A DNA stretch of 9,962 nucleotides. Source: Octopus sinensis. Taxonomy: Eukaryota. Below are positions 7,827 to 9,962 of the stretch, piece after piece (position 1 is the stretch's first letter; every line of letters starts with the position of its first letter). Location: positions 1 to 9,962 of the forward strand of contig NW_021827689.1 of assembly GCF_006345805.1 (NCBI RefSeq), read 5' to 3'. The translations under genes were made by a program, and so were the position numbers. Under the pieces are notes generated by a model. That model saw only the letters and a program-made list of their open reading frames with translations, had not been told where the DNA came from and did no database searches.

Positions 7827-7925
7827 ATATACATACATACATACATACATATATATATATTATATATATATATATATAATATATATATATATATTATATA
7901 TATATATATACATATTATATATATA
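7827..7925. repeat. (TACA)n/(TA)n microsatellite
   Basis: Read directly from the sequence. Confidence 0.9.
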
Positions 7926-8123
7926 TTACGGAGATGTACATGCATAGCAAGTGACCTGATCTGAGATCGTGTGCTGGAACGAAAACAATTGCAGCGTGGA
8001 AGGTGTTTATAAGCCATTTAAGTTACACTCAAAAACCGTTAGATTCACTTCAACATTTAATTTAATGTACCAAATATTTTCGTCGCTTTCAGACCGCGAC
8101 CCGTTCATTGACAAAATTCCGTG

Positions 8124-8124
<1 letters not shown>
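7926..8124. mobile_element. ~200-bp complex segment embedded between two (TA)n arrays; probable interspersed repeat
   Basis: Sharp TA-array boundaries on both sides and an internal GTCGC/GCGAC hairpin; resembles an octopus repeat from memory only. Confidence 0.35.
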
Positions 8125-8166
<42 letters not shown>

Positions 8167-8389
8167 GCAAACATACACACCACACACAGATATCAGTCTG
8201 TCCATTTTTCTCTCTCCATCGTTCTTTCCTCTCCCTACCTCACCACCCTCCCGCTGTCTCGCTTTCTTTCTATCTTCATCTCTCTTTCATTCTCTCTGTC
8301 CTAACAAAGCAGAGATTGCAAAATGTCACACATACACACACTCGCACACCATATTTCCGAGATATTAGTCCTCAACGGAACTTCTCGCA

Positions 8390-8580
8390 GCTTGCTAAAA
8401 ATAGCAGCTAAATGTCCCTTAAATCCTCTTGCATCGTACTTAACAGATATGGTGAACATGCACAAAACCTTTGAGAGCAAGACGGGTTTGGTTCGGTTGG
8501 ATGTGTCTTTGATAATGCATTTTGCTCAGTCAGGACCGACATGGGCCTAGCCATAACTACTACTACAACTACTACTACAA
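8390..8580 (+). mobile_element. Possible degraded 3' portion of a SINE/LINE ending in a (CTA)n tail
   Basis: CTTGCTAAAAATAGCAGC...CAGGACCGACATGGGCCTAGCC followed directly by (ACT)n; family resemblance from memory only. Confidence 0.3.
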
Positions 8581-8808
8581 CTGTTGCTGCTGCTGCCACT
8601 GCTGCTGCTGCTACTGCTGTTGCGACTGTTACTGTTGCATGTTTGTGTGTAAGTGTGTGTGTGTGAGAGAGAGAGAGGTTGTAATGTAATCCATAAGTGA
8701 ATAACCAAGACCGTTCTGGGTTCACCACGACAAATATTTCATCACCACCACCATCGCCGCTGCCAACCCCCTCCACTTCCACCTATAATAACAATAATTT
8801 GATAATTA

Positions 8809-9368
8809 TTGGGTTGTCCAGAAAGTTCGTGCCGATTTATAGTAGCTTACCGTTCGACTTATTTTAGAACATGGTTGAGTCCATAAAATAGGATTTGACT
8901 ACACCTCCATTTAGAGCACAGTTTAAGCTATCTTTTCATGGAAGAAGGTTCATGTTCCTATAACCTGTGTTAATTATGTAACCCTTTAAAATGGAAGATA
9001 AGAAAGTTCATTTTCGGCACTTGATGCTTTGGGAACCAGACAAAAATTGCTGCAGCTTGGATGGGATGTGTTACCCCACCCTCCATATTCACCAGATATT
9101 GCTCTTTCGGATTTCCACTTATTCAGGTCTCTGCAGAATAGTCTTAATGGTAAAAATTCCTTGTATGACGTAAAATGATACCTTGATGAATTCTTTGCCA
9201 TGAAACCACCTCAATTCTAAGAAGAGGGTATTTTCGAGTTAAAGGAAAGATGGAGACGCATTGTGCAACAGAATGGTTCATATTTGGTTGATTAAAAATG
9301 TAATGGCAATTATTTATTGACCTTTTTCTTTCCTTTAAAAATCGGCACGAACTTTCCGGACAACCCAA
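8809..9368 (+). mobile_element. Internally deleted mariner (Tc1/mariner, DD34D) non-autonomous element, 560 bp
   Basis: TIRs TTGGGTTGTCCAGAAAGTTCGTGCCGATTT (8809-8838) and 9339-9368 match 29/30; TA on both sides (8807-8808, 9369-9370); transposase remnants inside. Confidence 0.95.
8991..9295 (+). pseudogene. Mariner transposase remnant: N-terminal 15 aa fused out of frame to the C-terminal ~86 codons
   Basis: MEDKKVHFRHLMLWE (8991-9035), then from 9035 TRQKLLQLGWDVLPHPPYSPDIALSDFHLFRSLQNSLNGK...ERWRRIVQQNGSYLVD*, containing the YSPDL-type motif (9086-9112); stops at 9176 and 9218. Confidence 0.93.
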
Positions 9369-9461
9369 TATTTTAAATTATTGTCCCCTGTAAATATCGC
9401 AATAACATTCCCGAGGATCATTGTGCCGTCTTGATAACCGAAGGGTCAACTGGACATGCAT

Positions 9462-9491
9462 TTCTCTCTCTCTCTTTCCCCTTTCTCCCCC

Positions 9492-9535
<44 letters not shown>

Positions 9536-9576
9536 CCTACCTACCTATCTATGTGAGTGTGTGTGCGTGTGTGTTT
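9462..9576. repeat. (CT)n, (CTAT)n and (TG)n microsatellites
   Basis: Read directly from the sequence. Confidence 0.9.
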
Positions 9577-9615
9577 TAGCTAGGAGGAAGGCAGTGCCCA
9601 CGACAACTTTTATAA

Positions 9616-9845
9616 ATAACAACAAAAACAATGGTTTCGAATATTGGCACAAGGCCAGCAAGTTCGAGGGAGGAGTTAAGTCAATTACATTGACCCCAGT
9701 GTTCAACTGGTACTTGTTATATCGATCCCGAAAGAATAAAAGGTGAAGTTGACCTCGGCGGAATTTGAGCTCATAACGTAAAGACGGACTAAATGCTGCT
9801 AAGAATACCACTCGGTGTGCTAACGATTCTGCCAGCTCACCGCCT
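9616..9845 (-). mobile_element. SINE family A, full length
   Basis: Minus strand: GGCGGTGAGCTGGCAGAATCGTTAGC head (A-box), GAGCTCAAATTCC B-box remnant, AAGTACCAGTTGAACACTGGGGTC core, (TTG)-type tail. Another copy's (AAT)n tail starts at 9846. Confidence 0.88.
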
Positions 9846-9962
9846 CAATAATAATAATAATCGTTTCTTTATTGGCCACAGAAGCCGAACACAGATCAAA
9901 TAGGGGTAATACAAACCTGGGGACGTGTGGAGCTTAACACAAAATCGAATAAACAATATAAC

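Noticed and set aside
7696-7830. Possible upstream continuation of the RTE ORF (ISPWTASLQMHTVWQK, W-x9-W spacing) beyond the TA array
   Set aside because: Only two tryptophans match the RTE pattern, and stops and frameshifts are needed; too weak without an alignment.
525-8411. Numerous ORFs rich in HT, CV, YI or IY dipeptides
   Set aside because: All are translations of (CA)n, (TG)n, (TA)n or (TATG)n microsatellites.
1-9962. CRISPR array or prokaryotic operon
   Set aside because: No regularly spaced direct repeats with unique spacers and no dense coding. The repeats are eukaryotic retroposons and microsatellites.

Overview
Eukaryotic, repeat-saturated, non-coding DNA (intergenic or intronic). 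The dense (TA)n/(CA)n/(TATG)n microsatellites and the tRNA-derived SINE families look like an octopus/cephalopod genome; this is inferred from remembered repeat consensuses, not from a search. No intact protein-coding gene is supported, and almost all listed ORFs are microsatellite translations. Real content: (i) many copies of three tRNA-headed SINE families (A, B, C below); (ii) a 560-bp internally deleted mariner with 30-bp TIRs and TA target duplication (8809-9368); (iii) the 3' end of an RTE-type LINE on the minus strand (about 6915-7552) encoding three tandem C2H2-like fingers; (iv) a 202-bp insertion (7037-7238) that splits the third finger, is flanked by an exact 14-bp target-site duplication, and carries a minimal type I hammerhead ribozyme fold with a variant core (7129-7166, minus), as seen in Penelope-like elements. 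Local rearrangements include a SINE nested in another SINE's microsatellite, an inverted SINE-head pair, and a ~150-bp direct duplication.
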